A DNA stretch of 64,000 nucleotides from Eledone cirrhosa (Eukaryota): contig OZ024752.1 of NCBI GenBank assembly GCA_964016885.1, positions 38,316,001 through 38,380,000 on the forward strand, read 5' to 3'. Positions 62,301 to 64,000 of the stretch are shown here, piece after piece. The notes under the pieces are model-generated. The model saw only the letters and a list, made by a program, of their open reading frames with translations, made no database searches and was not told where the DNA came from. Position 1 is the first letter of the stretch. The number at the start of each line of letters is the position of its first letter. The translations under genes were made by a program, and so were the position numbers.

Positions 62301-64000
62301 ACTGTGTGACCACAGACACAACACCTTCCACTAGTCCGAAAGCCTGTGACCACAGACACAACACCTTCCACCAGTCCCTGAGAGCCTGTGTGACCACAGA
62401 CACAACACCTTCCACTAGTCCCTGAGAGCCTGTGTGACCACAGACACAACACCTTCCACCAGTCCCTGAGAGCCTGTGTGACCACAGACACAACACCTTC
62501 CACCAGTCCCTGAGAGCCTGTGTGACCACAGACACAACACCTTCCACTAGTCCGAAAGCCTGTGACCACAGACACAACACCTTCCACCAGTCCCTGAGAG
62601 CCTGTGTGACCACAGACACAACACCTTCCACCAGTCCCTGAGAGCCTGTGTGACCACAGACACAACACCTTCCACCAGTCCCTGAGAGCCTGTGTGACCA
62701 CAGACACAACACTTTCCACTAGTCCGAAAGCCTGTGACCACAGACACAACACCTTCCACCAGTCCCTGAGAGCCTGTGTGACCACAGACACAACACCTTC
62801 CACCAGTCCCTGAGAGACTGTGTGACCACAGACACAACACCTTCCACTAGTCCCTGAGAGCCTGTGTGACCACAGACACAACACTTTCCACTAGTCCGAA
62901 AGCCTGTGACCACAGACACAACACCTTCCACCAGTCCCTGAGAGCCTGTGTGACCACAGACACAACACCTTCCACCAGTCCCTGAGAGCCTGTGTGACCA
63001 CAGACACAACACTTTCCACTAGTCCGAAAGCCTGTGACCACAGACACAACACCTTCCACCAGTCCCTGAGAGCCTGTGTGACCACAGCCACAACACCTTC
63101 CACCAGTCCCTGAGAGACTGTGTGACCACAGACACAACACCTTCCACCAGTCCCTGAGAGACTGTATGACCACAGACACAGCACCTTCCACCAGTCCCTG
63201 AGAGACTGTGTGACCACAGACACAACACCTTCCACCAGTCCCTGAGAGACTGTATGACCACAGACACAACACCTTCCACCAGTCCCTGAGAGACTGTGTG
63301 ACCACAGACACAACACCTTCCACTAGTCCGAAAGCCTGTGACCACAGACACAACACCTTCCACCAGTCCCTGAGAGACTGTGTGACCACAGACACAACAC
63401 CTTCCACTAGTCCCTGAGAGCCTGTGTGACCACAGACACAACACCTTCCACCAGTCCCTGAGAGACTGTGTGACCACAGACACAACACCTTCCACCAGTC
63501 CCTGAGAGACTGTATGACCACAGACACAACACCTTCCACCAGTCCCTGAGAGACTGTGTGACCACAGACACAACACCTTCCACTAGTCCGAAAGCCTGTG
63601 ACCACAGACACAACACCTTCCACCAGTCCCTGAGAGACTGTGTGACCACAGACACAACACCTTCCACTAGTCCCTGAGAGCCTGTGTGACCACAGACACA
63701 ACACCTTCCACCAGTCCCTGAGAGACTGTGTGACCACAGACACAACACCTTCCACCAGTCCCTGAGAGACTGTATGACCACAGACACAACACCTTCCACT
63801 AATCCCTGAGAGCCTGTGTGACCACAGACACAACACCTTCCACTAGTCCCTGAGAGACTGTGTGATCACAGACACAACACCTTCCACCAGTCCCTGAGAG
63901 ACTGTGTGACCACAGACACAACACCTTCCACTAGTCCGAAAGCCTGTGACCACAGACACAACACCTTCCACCAGTCCCTGAGAGACTGTGTGACCACAGA
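56395..64000. repeat. 44-bp satellite array (>170 units, runs off the window end)
   Basis: CCACAGACACAACACCTTCCACCAGTCCCTGAGAGACTGTGTGA, with variants and a 40-bp deletion variant after about 62330. Confidence 0.99.

Noticed and set aside
56397-63836. Long Cys/Val-rich ORFs (up to 789 aa) on the minus strand
   Set aside because: The 44-bp monomer has no stop in any minus frame, so all three frames give the same cycling peptide; this is a satellite artefact
56395-64000. CRISPR-like array
   Set aside because: Head-to-tail monomers with no unique spacers, no cas genes, eukaryotic context

Overview
AT-rich, repeat-dense eukaryotic DNA. The SINE families, RTE/CR1 LINE and Penelope remnants and (TA)n density suggest a coleoid cephalopod, probably an octopod (inference). 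There are two convergent spliced genes. (1) Minus strand: a complete 13-exon apoptosis inhibitor 5 (API5) gene, CDS 53569 to 36643, 562 aa, with all introns GT-AG and phase-consistent. (2) Plus strand: a 5'-incomplete large type-I membrane protein gene with a 3.8-kb Ser/Thr/Lys-rich mucin-like exon, a SEA-like module resembling KIAA1549/UPF0606 with a furin site, one TM helix and a cytoplasmic tail; its last exon (23007-23238) is absent from the ORF track. The rest is transposable elements and tandem repeats, ending in a >7.6-kb 44-bp satellite with higher-order structure whose long ORFs are artefacts. The most notable hidden signals are: about ten minimal, dimer-type hammerhead ribozyme motifs in Penelope-like elements (including U3-A8 core variants); a near-perfect 150-bp palindrome just upstream of the giant exon's acceptor; duplicated decoy splice acceptors in both genes; a solo LTR nested in a piggyBac-type MITE end; and a SINE sharing its 3' tail with an RTE LINE.
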